Origin: Isurus oxyrinchus
Taxonomy: Eukaryota
Direction: 5' to 3'
Assembly (NCBI GenBank): GCA_026770705.1
Contig: JANJGN010000034.1
Location: 7,068,001 to 7,132,000 of the forward strand
DNA length: 64,000 nucleotides
Shown one piece after another: positions 40,201-53,100 of this stretch; the stretch's first letter is position 1, and each line of letters starts with the position of its first letter. A program made the translations under genes and the position numbers. The notes beneath the pieces were generated by a model. The model saw only the letters and a program-made list of their open reading frames with translations, was not told the DNA's origin and did no database searches.

Positions 40201-43200
40201 AACTAAACATTTGTAACATAAACAAAGAACACAGCTTGTCATAGATCAGTTACAGCAAAGAATGAGGCGATCCACCTCTTCATGTCAGAGAAGTATCTCT
40301 GGGTCAGTATCTCGGTTGTTCTCAGGCTCCAGACCCTCAGCTGCAGCTCATGCAACTTGGTGCTATTCAGAAAATTACCCAGCTCCCTAGTAAAAGCCAT
40401 GATTGTCCCTTCGCCGAACTCATTCTTAGGCATTGCATTTTGGAACCTAATGATGCACTGCAAATTTATTTGTCCCCATGTCCCCTTTGCTTTTTATGTC
40501 AGTTAACGTTAAATTAATGTCTTCCGGTTCCGGACCATTCCAGATGGAACAGTCTATACCTGCCTAACATGTCCAGGCCACGTCGTGAATTCTAAAAGCC
40601 CCGTCAAATATTTTTTTTTCAATTATATTGTATCTATGTACAACCGCTCTAAATTCTCAATTCTTTCACCCTTGAAGAAGCAATCAAATCTGGAAACATT
40701 CCCAAGAATACAGGCTGTACTGTCTCTAACGCCTTCACTTCTCCCTAAACTATGATGTCCAAAATATGTTACAATTCCCGAGTTGAAGTCAAAATAGCGG
40801 TTTTGCCATTACGTCCTTTCTTTGATGCGTATTGATCTATATCTGAACCGAAGATTTCATCTGGATCAGTGGCAGCGTTTTCAGTCTGCCCTGCATCTTG
40901 CAACCATTTGTGCTCTTATACTCCCAAAGACCCATAAACAGCCTCAATCCCCTTTGGAATGCTACCACAAGTTGGTCATTACTTCTTTCTACCACAATGT
41001 TTCACTTCATGCCTCTCTCCATTAATTTCAACTGCAATAGTTCCTCCCACTCCACAAGTCCATCTGCGTCCTTTTGAGGAATTTCACCACCTTCCTTACA
41101 ATTCATAGACCTGTAAAATCTGAAATCTTTGAAGTTTTGCCCTGGACACTCAGATCCAGGTCCCTGATGCATATCATGTAGATAGATTGGAAGGGGGGAA
41201 CTGCACAATTTTGTTGACACTTCAGTGTGGATTATCCATTTTATGAATTACAGAGCTAAGCGATTGTCAACAAGCTGTAAAAGACCTAGGTGAGCAAAAC
41301 ATTCCCGATATCGCTTTTAATTGCATGCCTTATTATTTTGAACCATTAAGCATATAATTTTATTTTCGGTAAAAAGTGATGTCATCAATTGAGGCACCCG
41401 TTGTTTAAGGATAGGCCCACATTCGCTTCTGTTGATTTCAATAAAAGAAAATGCTGGGCAGAAAGCAAACAACGCCGAAAATCCGATCGTGGGCAGGATG
41501 AATTTATGATGCTCCATGCATCATGATTATTGCTGCTTTTTTTCACAACTCTTACTGAATCCTGCACACTAACGGAATGATGACATTTTTTAACCTTATC
41601 AATTTGACATCAAGTTGACAAAGTGTTCTAGCTAATAACGAAACTCCTCACACTCGTGAAAAGTGTTGTTTAATCCTACAATCTTTGGTTTGTTTATCAT
41701 GTAATCCCGAACAGAAGATAAACAGACTGGAAAAGAAAAAGGTACCTCATCTGACATATTTTTCATCAAAAAGCCAGAGATTGACAATAGCTGATTGCTT
41801 TTTTAGATGATTTGTTTTGATTTCGTATGAATGTTTTATGTTTTTTTTTTACTAAGCAGATTGCTAGAATGTACCCGTAGGGTTGGCAGCAGAGGAATCC
41901 GTACGTGGGCTCCATAGTTTCCGGTTAGGAGAGCATATTTTCTGATGCTGTGTCACACAATGCTGTAAGACAATAAATAACATGTCAACTAATGAACTGA
42001 ATAAGGAATTAACTTAATGCTCCTTAAACAAGGTAGTGGTAACAACGAAGTACTCGCTAGTACAGGGGTGTTAGAAATAAAACGTATGTCGTGGTTAAGA
42101 ATGACAAAGTTGCTGATATAGTTCACTGACGTGTTCTGGTGAAGGAATTGCAGAGTCAGAACTTTCAGCCAAAAGCTCTGCGTTCAAGTCTCACTTCAGG
42201 ACTTGCTGGCTGTTGAAGCTGTTTTTGTAAGGTGGCTGGCTGTATTGGTTACCAACTTGTAAAACCTTCAAATGCAACTGGCGGCAGGTGCTAAGAATGG
42301 GAGAGATGCTGGCCAGCTAGACAGCAGAAAGCAAAGTCAAGGGACTGTCGTAGTTTGTCAAGCATAATCCTAGCCAAATCCAATGGTAATCCATGACCAC
42401 CAAGACCCTCTGAATGAAAGTCATCTGGAAAATCAGGAATTAAATAATGTATATGGTATGTTGCTCTGGTGGAGGGTAGGCGTAAGCAAGGGAAACTTGT
42501 TTGGAAGGACAGATATTTTCCGCTAATTTATATGGGTCGGTCAACCTTCTTTGGTACCGAATTCATTAGATTTAAATCTTTTTTTGAAATGTAACTCACT
42601 TCCAATTGGTGAGGGATCATGACAGAACACCTTCTTAGTTGATCGGCGACGTGCCTAGCCAGGGAGAAGCACCGTGTATCTACTTAAATAATGTAATTGA
42701 ACGATTGTGAACAGGAAGAAGTCCTGCAATAAAAGAAAATCTGCAAAAGCATTTGATTCCACGTTTGTGCAGGTTAATTTGCTAACACAAGCCCGGTGCA
42801 TACTGGTAATTGAGAATTTTAGCGCCGTTAAAGATGGAATTAAGCATGTATAGTATGCTAGTAAAATATACTAAAGCATGCCATGCAACTATTGGATGAC
42901 CATCTTGGGGAGTTTCAATGTGATGTCTCTGTATGTTACTGCCCAACCTGTACTTAATAAGTTGACCGATGCCAGCTTCGTGCTTTTTGCTACTGCAACC
43001 CAAGCACTTTGCTCTTCGTTAAAATGGAATACGAAATGGTGGTCGAAATGAGACCTCGTATTTTTATGAATATGATACAAGGATCAGCTGAGGGAAATAT
43101 TCTGCAGTTATATATGTGTAGTCGGCACTTCAGGAGGAAGTGAGCGGAAGTACATATGGTAACATGAGAGGCACTATGTTGGAATATGGAGCACGTGGAT

Positions 43201-46200
43201 GGACATAATCCACTTTGTCGAATACCTTGAAAAGTACTGTAAATTCTGCATAGTATATGGGGAGGATGGGGGGGAGGGAGAGTGGGAAACGTGCTGATGT
43301 TGAAATGATGATGAAACTCTCACATCTCACTATTCTAGAGATTCTAACGTGCCAAGAGTCTTTAAAGGATTCAGGTGGGAAATATATTTGGTAATTGTGT
43401 AATTTACCCGCTGCACAAAGTATTCCTGCAATTCCTAGCCCAAAGGTAGAATACAGAAATGCCGATCAGTAATTTTAAATGTACAGATGTAAACTTTGCA
43501 TGCATCAAATAGTTACCCAGTAGAGAAAGAGGCCAACCCGCCACATTGACTGCTACTGTTATATGAAAGAGTTTTATTTCTCTCCATCTGTCTCTCTCTC
43601 TCTCTCTCTGATTAGCTGCGTTCCAGAAATCTTTTCACACAACCTTGCAAATGCTTGTTCTGCATAATAAGTTGTTGTTTCCTGCCAGCCCCCTCCGCCC
43701 CACCCTATGATTTGTGCATGAATAACCATGAATCTGTGTTTCTTTGTTGCTGGTCGTCCTGGATGTGCGAACATTTTATTGTCATTTAATTTCTGAAGAA
43801 TAATGTTTTCATCATATTGGGTATCATTATCATAGAGTGCATTAACATTTTTGCCGTGATCAGTAAAACCTCAGTTCCCCTCCACTGGCCATATAACTGA
43901 TGCCCCTGGTACTTTCGATTAAATCTTCCCTGTGCTCCCAGCATGATTTATGAATCATTGCAAAGAGTGGTGCGTCGAATTTGAATGCAAAATCCTAATG
44001 TGGCGCATATAAAACAACAAACGTTGAGATGCTGCACTGAGTGTCGATGTATTGGTGAGATACACATCTTCAGCAGTGAACTATCCGTCAATTATGGATC
44101 CCGACTAATGCGTGGCACTGTTAGCTGAGCTGGATTTCTGGTTGGGCGTGGAATGGACGGCCGTTGCGATAGGGACAGTTTCATGCTACAGTCCAGGATA
44201 GTTATTTACCTCAATATGTAGCATGATCTGCATTATTGTATTTTTGCGGAGGTATGCACTCCGCAGTATGCTTTACATAGCCAAAACGTTAAAAAGGTCA
44301 ATCCACCTGCAAAATTGTGGCTTTTCGTATAAAACGTCAACTGTTTCAATGATTCCACACTCTTCCTGTTAACGTGATGCCTTGACAGAAACAAAGCTGG
44401 AAGACAAAGAAAAAGGTAGGCAGTTTAACGGTTCGCTTTGTTAAAAGACAGAAATCAACGTGTTAGGAACATACCTATGGACCTTTCTTTTCAAGATTAA
44501 CTGCTCTGAAATAGCATTTACCATTATTAACCGGAAGATCGGTTGAATTTGGTAATGGGCTATATGTGGAGAAAATGTTTCAGTTTGTGTTAACAGCCAG
44601 AATTGAGAGCAAGTAAGGTAGGAGTTTAACATTAATCCAACCAGACACTCAGGAGGAAAGTATTGATCCAGGAAACGAGAAGAATTTGGAATTCGCTGCT
44701 GCATGATCCCTTGTTTTATGGAATTTCGTAGCATTTGTTACTGTCACGGACAGTTATCCACCGAGATCCCACGAATGTTCAATCAACCTTATTACCATGG
44801 AGTAAATATCATTCCGTCTGCGAGAAATTTTTACTTCAGCGTTGTCAACTCCAGATTAATGGCCCCGTGCATTTTTAAGCAAGTTTACCTCGTGCTTGCA
44901 GTCTGGTTTAAAGACTGTTACTTCCACAAATAAAGATGCCTTCCCTTGAGAACTTGTTCGTGCTTTGGGTTATGACTTCGGAAGGATACATGTAGATCTC
45001 TAATTACCCAGATTGTGTTTCCTCAGGTGATTTGCAGTCGTTTGAAGGGCAATGTGTGATGTGAATTGCGTACGAGCTTTAAGGAATGCTGTGTAGCAAA
45101 CGCTGTAAATTTCATGTACTAAATAATAATTTAAGCTCATCATTCTTAACGGAATACTAAGGCGGAGTCCGCCGAATCAGCATAAAGAACCTGTTTAACG
45201 AACATCTACACGCACAAATACATGGTGCCTAGTTAAACAAAGGCGCTACGAATTACACAGAAACATTTCTAGGTTGACAAGAAGATTAAGATCTCCAGCA
45301 AAGAAAATTCACGAATGAAACCATGTCAGCGTCTCTTATAAAAATTTCTAGTATGTCACCAATAAAATGCAGTTTTGTGGAAGAATTTCAAATAACGCAA
45401 ACCGCATTTGTCTATTCAAGGTCAATATCTAACAGCAGTGTAGGTTCCAGACACGATTGTTAAAAGGATTACCGGGCCAGTTTGATTTCTGTTGGGGAAT
45501 GTCGGGATACTAAATGGAGCCCTTCTGTAATCTGGACAAGGAAATGTAACTGATAACATTGACAATGTCATGATCCTTATAAATCAGTTGTTCTCTTTCT
45601 ACCTTAGAATTGAATGATATTCAGCAAAGGTGCAGTGAGTATTCCATTGCCCAGCAGCCACCAAGCTGTGGATTTCCTGATTCGTTATGAAGCCTGTACT
45701 GTGTAAAGAACATATTCGTAGAGAAAATCTGTGCTTGGGGGAAAACAATATATTCGAGTATAGACATTATAGTACATCCCCAAGGCATGAAGAGAAAATA
45801 TCTGAAAGGAAAATGCCGTGTTACTTTCTTCCCTAAAGCTGCACCGAATGTTTTGTCCTCACAGTTTCCAGTTTTTCATTTGTGAGCCAGAAAACAGAAC
45901 TTGTGGTCAGAAGGTTGTGAGTTCAAGTCCAGAATTCGAAGTTGAGCGCAGGCGCAGATGCTGACACATCAGTGCAGCCCTCAGGCAGCAATGTATTGCA
46001 GGAAGTGCTGTGTAGCCATTTAGTGCATAAAACAAGGCGAGGTCTGCCCTCGAACTTGGACTTAAATGGCCCAATGCCACAGTTGAAAAAAATGAAGGGA
46101 AGTTTTCCACCAATGTGCTGGTGAATAATTACCCCTTAATTAAACCTCATATAATAAGGTGGTTTCGGTGATCTTGGGGTCCCTGTTGTGTTGGGCGGAA

Positions 46201-47084
46201 CAAGTATCTGCTGAAACAGTACAATCAGAGTGATCATTATATCACCAGCTTTAGGGTGGCAGATGGATCGGACGGAAAATTGACAGATGACGTCTTATGC
46301 AGAAAATTGCGATCACATCATTTTTGTGGGAGGACGAGGCGAGGTAAAGCAAGACAAAGTCTCAAAATCAAAATGGCTTTCAGGGTGATTACCCCTGGAT
46401 GTCAATGTACAGAAATTTCTCAGGGTAACAAGGCAGGTTGAATAGGCGGTTAAAAAACCAAAAACGGGCCTGAAACTTAATAAAGATTGTCACATAGCAC
46501 AAAGACATGTAGGTTACAATAAATGTATAAAATACTGGGCGGGCCTCAATTTGAGAATTGTTTCCAATTCGGCACAACATTCTCGAGGAAAATGTGTAGG
46601 CATTATAGAGTGTGGACAGGTAATTTTTAAAAATGATTCCAGGGCTGAGGAGCTGCACTTACGTGGGTGGTTTGGACAGGTTTTCTTCACCTTCGTGAAC
46701 AGAATATTAAGAAACTATTTGATAGAGGTGAACATAATCATTAGGATCCAGGAGAGAATAAACACAAAAGAGTTGTTCCGCTGGCAGAAACGGTCGGAAA
46801 TCAGTGGAGACTGAGTTACGGTAATTGCCATCGTAATCATTGGTGCCATGAGGGAGACATTTGCTGTTTCAGCGAGTGCTTAACATTTGGATTACACTTC
46901 TAATGCTGTCGTGGAGGAATGTTCTACAGACGTTTTCAACAGAGCATTACATTATTATATCAAGAAGAGAGTTACTTCAGAGGAGTGTTACTTAGAATTG
47001 TGGTGCAGTGGGATGAAATGAAATTAATTGAGAGATCAGGCACTGGCTCGATGTGTCAGATGGTCTCTCTCTCTACCTGTCTGG

Positions 47085-47152
<68 letters not shown>

Positions 47153-50100
47153 ATCTCACTCTCTATATGTTATATAGCTGATTTGATAGATGATTAGACA
47201 NNNNNNNNNNNNNNNNNNNNNNNNNNNNNNNNNNNNNNNNNNNNNNNNNNNNNNNNNNNNNNNNNNNNNNNNNNNNNNNNNNNNNNNNNNNNNNNNNNNN
47301 NNNNNNNNNNNNNNNNNNNNNNNNNNNNNNNNNNNNNNNNNNNNNNNNNNNNNNNNNNNNNNNNNNNNNNNNNNNNNNNNNNNNNNNNNNNNNNNNNNNN
47401 NNNNNNNNNNNNNNNNNNNNNNNNNNNNNACAGATAGCAATTGGACCTAACCGTATAGGACAATTCCTTAACATTTCCGAATGACACAAGGCCTGAAGGT
47501 ATGGCAAACAAACAGGTTGATGGCAAGCGACTGCACCAAGACATAAATAGTTGAGCAGCATAGGCATCAAGTGGTGGACAGAAATTAATGCTCATAACTC
47601 TGATTTGATGCATTTTAGCAAAACCGATAGAGGAGGGCAAATACACTTATTGAAACGATTCTTATCTGTGCAAATGAATAGATAAGGAGCAGAATTTTTA
47701 AAAGTTGTCATTAAATATTACAAGGATAACTAGCAAATTATTTGAATTCTTGGGTATAACAAGTGGAGGCATTCAGCACAAAAGTAGAAAATTGTGCATA
47801 ACCTTTTGTAACTCTGTTACGCCGCAGTTAATGTTGTTTCATCCGGTTACAAACATATGTTCGGAAGGAGCAACGGATCATTAAGAGGTTGCTGAAGAGA
47901 ATGGGCAGAATCGTTCCATGGATAATTGAATTTAACTATCATGGAAGATTGGAGGACTTACGTTCCTTTTCCTTAGAGCATAAAAGTCTGAGAGGAGTTC
48001 TGTAAGTTAATGCGAACTTTAGGTAAAGGAGATAAAGAGATCCCATTCAGATGTGCTTATGGTACAGGGATGAGGAAGACACAATTTTCCTTTTTGTGCA
48101 AGGGTTGCTTAGAAACTGTCAAAAGGCTCTAAAAGGTTTAAGTGAGGAAAACTCTGTTTATGTTTCTTTAGTCTTTCTTGCTAATCGTTTTTTTTAAAGA
48201 ACAAAATGGTATATGTTTCACCGAGCTTCTAAACACTCCAGATTCTAAATCAGAATGATGTAGCGTTGTGAGCGAGTGGCCTTTCCAGCGAAATGTGACA
48301 ATGTGAGGCAAATAGAAATTAATATAATGTATATAAACATATATATATGTCCCACCGAATAATGTAGAAATTCGGCTTGATGTTCTTGGCTAGTATCACA
48401 GGAATCATGCTTTCATTTGAGGCATCTGTTCGAAGAAAAAATATATGTTTGGTTTAATTGAATTGAGTAGAATACATTAGCCTGGTAAATAATGGAAGAA
48501 TGATTAACGCTGTGATTGGGAACGAATTTCAACTGCTTCATGGAGCACAAAGTATGCACGTCAACCCAAGGGTTACGTAATAGCTTTTGGGAATAGCTAT
48601 ATGATTATTAATTTTTTTAGACATCCTTTAAGAAACTGGTGGCTAGCATGCTATGCCATGCCAATAAATTCCCAGCGGCCCCAAAGGCCTCGAAGTATTT
48701 TTTTCAATTAATATCATGCGTCTAAAATTTCACTTTCCTCTTTAACAGAAGAAACATATAAAGCAAAAGAGCAAGGTGAACATTTGCTTACATCAAAGAG
48801 TGAATGCTCTGCATGTTGCATTTGTTTCTTTGCATCATTGTGCCAATAGATTTGCAACGTATTTTATACAAATTATTCGCAGTATCAGCCGGTGCCTCAT
48901 AGCATGAAAGTATTCAGTATGGTAGATATAAGGGAGGCTTTTTCACTTGTGGTAAATCAAAAATGAGAGTGTCATGTATATGACGATAAAATAGTCATAG
49001 ATGAATGCAATAGTTAATCCAGACATTAAGTCTGGACCAGGATATTGGCAACAACATGGACTTCTAGACGATATTGTAGATTTTATGCTTGATAGCAAAG
49101 ATGAAATAAAGAAGATGCTAAATATTTTAAAGAAGGAAGATGGAACAGGAGATTTTCCAGACGGTGGAAGTTGAAGCAGGAAAGGAGAGTTTTTTTTTTT
49201 GAAATGTCACTAGTGATAACGTCAAATTAGGTCCAATGATGTACTTCCAATTCTGTTCACGTTAAGACATTGTTAACCGTGAAAAATATCGCTTTGGATA
49301 GATTGCATCTCCACAACCAATCCAAACATTTGCTCATAATAGAAAGGAGAAAGAGGTGTAGTATATAATGGAAGGGCAATTGAATGACGCTCCTTTTAGA
49401 TTTTTGACTAAGGTAAATTTTAACTTCGTTATTAGCACATTTTAAAAATCTAGAATTCCTGGCAAAAGACAGAAAAGAGGACTTTAGCATAACAGTAGCA
49501 TGTATGTCATCGATCACGTGGGAGCTTGAGCAACGGGACTTGCTGCAAATAAAGACAGGGTAGCAAGGTTTTGGATGGTTAAAATAACAAAGATCGTAGG
49601 GAGTCAGAAACAGACAGCCGTGCATTGCAGCAGTCAAATCTAGAGATAATGCAGGCATGTTTCAGCATCAGAGGCTCTGAGATGCAAGTGAAGTCGAGGT
49701 TTGGACAGTCGTACCAAGGTCATGTAATAACTGGATTAATCATGGACTGGGCCAGGGAAAGGAAGGTGTTGGGTACTTAGGGAACAGAGTTTGCAAGGAG
49801 CACCAAAATCAAGGGCTTCAGTCTTCGCAATATATATCTAGTGGAAATTCCTGTTAAGCAATTACGGGATTCCGAATCAGCAAACTGACAATTTAAAGCA
49901 GTGGAGAATTTGAGAGAGCTGGTGAAGAGTTAGATGTGTGTGTCATCAGCGTGCATGTGAAAATTCATAGCGTGCCTTCATATGAAGTTGCAAGCGGGCA
50001 ATTATTGATTATTGAGGGCAACAGTGGGCCCCGTATTGGAGCGGGAAAATATACCATTTGCCACTGATCCTCAAGCAATAATTACATAGATAAAAATTGA

Positions 50101-53100
50101 ACCTTGTGGGAGTGGTTCCATCCAGCAATAGGTGAGTGGTATGTTGGGTCATCCGTGTCAAAGGTTTCAGAGCAGTGGAGATGGGTGTGCATTGAATGTT
50201 TATCATAGCCACAGACACATGGTATGCCATTTGAAATTATGATTGAAGCTGATTGAATATGGTAACAAAGGTGGAAACTTGATCGGAGAGATTTGAACTT
50301 ATTTGTTTGAAAAGTGGGAACTAACTAAGAAGGCAACGGCTCTTAAAGGGTATTTATAGAGTAAAGAGAGTTTGAAGATGGTGGTGGTGGTTTACAATCG
50401 GGTGGGTTATTAAGGTTTTGGGAGAAGGGTGAAGACAGCGGATTTAGAGCAAAAAGGGAGAAAATATGAACAGAGAAACAGTAAAACCATTGTCAAGCTT
50501 GCTGCCAAGAAGTCTAGATGGTTGGCTTACTGAACATCGAGGGAAAAGGATATGGGTACCAAAGATCAGGCAAGTTTGGAGAGCGCATGGACAGTAATTG
50601 CCGAGAAAGTAGAGAAACGTGCGAGTTCAAGGCTGGGGCAAGGAGGGGAATAGAAGCAAATTTATCGAGGCAGACAAGAGAAGGGAAATATCTGGCAGAT
50701 GCAGCTGGCTGGAGTGTTTCGATCTTAGTGACAAAGATATCAATCAGAGCCTTGCAGTTTTTGTTGGGAGTGAGGGTGGAATGGACAGGAGGGAGTGATG
50801 TAAGTAGACTTGGAGGTAAGAATTACATTACAGGATGGTCCAACAATTCTGAGCGGTGGTGACTGCAGTTTCAACAAAGTTCAAGAGACACCTAAAGCTC
50901 CAGAGTAGGCTCAGCCAAACTCACCTCATCTAACATCATTTCTAGAAGGATATAATTGAAAATCCAGAAGTTGATGGCTCAATTTAAAAGGATGTGAGTC
51001 GCTGCAGTAATGCCTGAAAAATGAATTATTAAATGACATGTAATATGGAGGTTCTCCAATTTAGTGAACAATGTGAATTCATACCAACGGATAAATTATC
51101 AGTCATATTGGCGTTCAGATGTCTGAACATGCAAAGGGAAGAGTTAAATATTTTCCAGTGAAAATTAAGTGACCATTTCTTTTCAATTGATTTTGCAGAG
51201 CTAAAGGATTGCCAAGATATTCTGAAAAATTTTGGTGAATAAAGCACTTTAATTGCGTAATTACATTTTCATCTATTCACTTGAAGTAGAGTCAAACAAT
51301 GCTTCAAAGAACATGCGAAATTTCCGAGTGAAATACAAATGCCTAAGTGTGTTTTTTTTGAGATAGTGAATATTTTGTTAGCGCAGCATATGTGGAAATG
51401 TACGAGGCAGCCTGGGGAAAGTGTTCAGTAGTTTCTTGCCACTACACTCCAGCAAGTAATTAGCTCATGATTTGGTAAACGTTTCACTGATATAAATCCT
51501 GCTCTGGCAGAAGTGTCTCTTGGGAAAGAGCAGAAAATGTACATCAGCCAAAGGTACCCTATGTGACAGAAAAGAAGGCAGAAAGAAGGAGCCAAATGCA
51601 GGCTTGTTAGCCCATAGTATGTCACTGGAAAAATGCTGGAATCCATTATTAAGGAACTAGTAGCAGCGTATCGAAAACATTACAATCCATTCAAATGGAA
51701 GCACATTTTTTTTTCTTTCAAAAGGAAATCGTGTTTAGTAAATCAATTAGTGTTCTTGTCCGATGTAACAAGCAGGGTTGGCAAAGGGCATCCAGTATCG
51801 TCCTTGCCAAAAATTAAACACATCCATTAAGGTGCCATATAAAATGTAACAATAAAGAATAATAGTTTATGGTGCTCTGGATAATGTAATACCATGCTCA
51901 GGAGATAAGTAAGTGAATATGAACCAGAGAATCTGGATAAACGTGTCATTTTCTGTTTGGAGCATTTTAACTGGTGGGACAAAATAATCACTGTTCAACT
52001 ATTACCAATATGTATACAACTTTGGAAAGAAGAGGTCGAATGCATGGTTGCCAAAGTTGCTAACATTTGCAAAGGAGGGAAGGGAACCAAATTGCGAGGA
52101 GGACACTTCTGGTCTGAAAATCAATGAAGATAGTTTAAGTGAATAATCAAAAAGGATAGCAGATGGAACGTGATGTGGGAAAATGTGAGTTTGTACAGGA
52201 GGAACAGAGGAGAAGATTGTTAATGTTTGGAAAAAATATCAAAATACAGCATGCTGAAAGATTGGTGTCTCCTTGTACATGAAACACAAATGAATATAGC
52301 ATGAATGTACAGCTAGAAGTTTCACAGGGAAACAGAATTTTGAGCTCGACTGTACATGAGATTGTGCTTAAAAAAAGGGAATTGTTTTTCCCAATAGCCA
52401 GGGTGGGACCTTATCTGGTGTATTGCAAACGGCTACCATTCCTTAATTTGACGGGCCAATAATGTGGTGGTGGGGGGTAGGGTGAGGAGCTGTGGAATAT
52501 GCATCCATTGGAGGCAATTAGTGAATGTCCAATCGGTTGACTTAGAGGGTTTACTCTGACGAGTAAAAGTTTGAGAAGATTGTTCCTACATTCATTTCAG
52601 CTTAGCAAAACTAGTGGTGATCTTACTGAAGCATATATGATTCTGAAAGGGCAGATGCTAGTAAATTTCATCCTCTCGAAGGGGAACCAAAAGCTAGCAG
52701 ACACACTTTCAAAATAAGGCATCTTCCAGTTAAGACAGAGTTTCTCCTTCACTGAGTCGTTAATATTGCAAGTCACTACCACAGTGGACAGTGTAGGCTG
52801 TGTCATCGAATATTTTAAAAGACTGCAACTTAACCTACGAGGCAATTAATTCTTACGGGGATGATAATGATGTAATAACAAAAAAAAACTGCTCAGGTTG
52901 CGATTCAGAAAAGAAACAGAAAATGCTGGTAAAACGTAGCCGGTCTGGCAGCAACTGTGGAGAGAGAAAGGGAGATTAAGGTTTCGAGCCCATACGGCTT
53001 TTCTTCACAGCCGGTTATGGAGTTAATGCAGGTAAGTGGATTTAAGGCACTACCAGATTAGTTATATTTTTGTGGAATGGAGGGAAGGTTAGAGGGGACA

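Larger units (their letters stand above)
25470..45060. repeat. Three tandem copies of the ABCD unit (first interrupted by Penelope)
   Basis: Exon A at 27251/35604/41254, D at 33074/38776/44389. Confidence 0.95.
46380..48130 (+). mobile_element. Decayed CR1-like 3' fragments on both sides of the gap
   Basis: tataaaatactgggcgggcctcaatttgagaattgtttccaattc resembles YKTLVRPQLEYCVQF; similar tract at ~47800. Confidence 0.6.

Noticed and set aside
47156-47646. ORFs containing X runs and the SLSLSL ORF at 46919
   Set aside because: Artefacts of the N gap and the (CT)n microsatellite.
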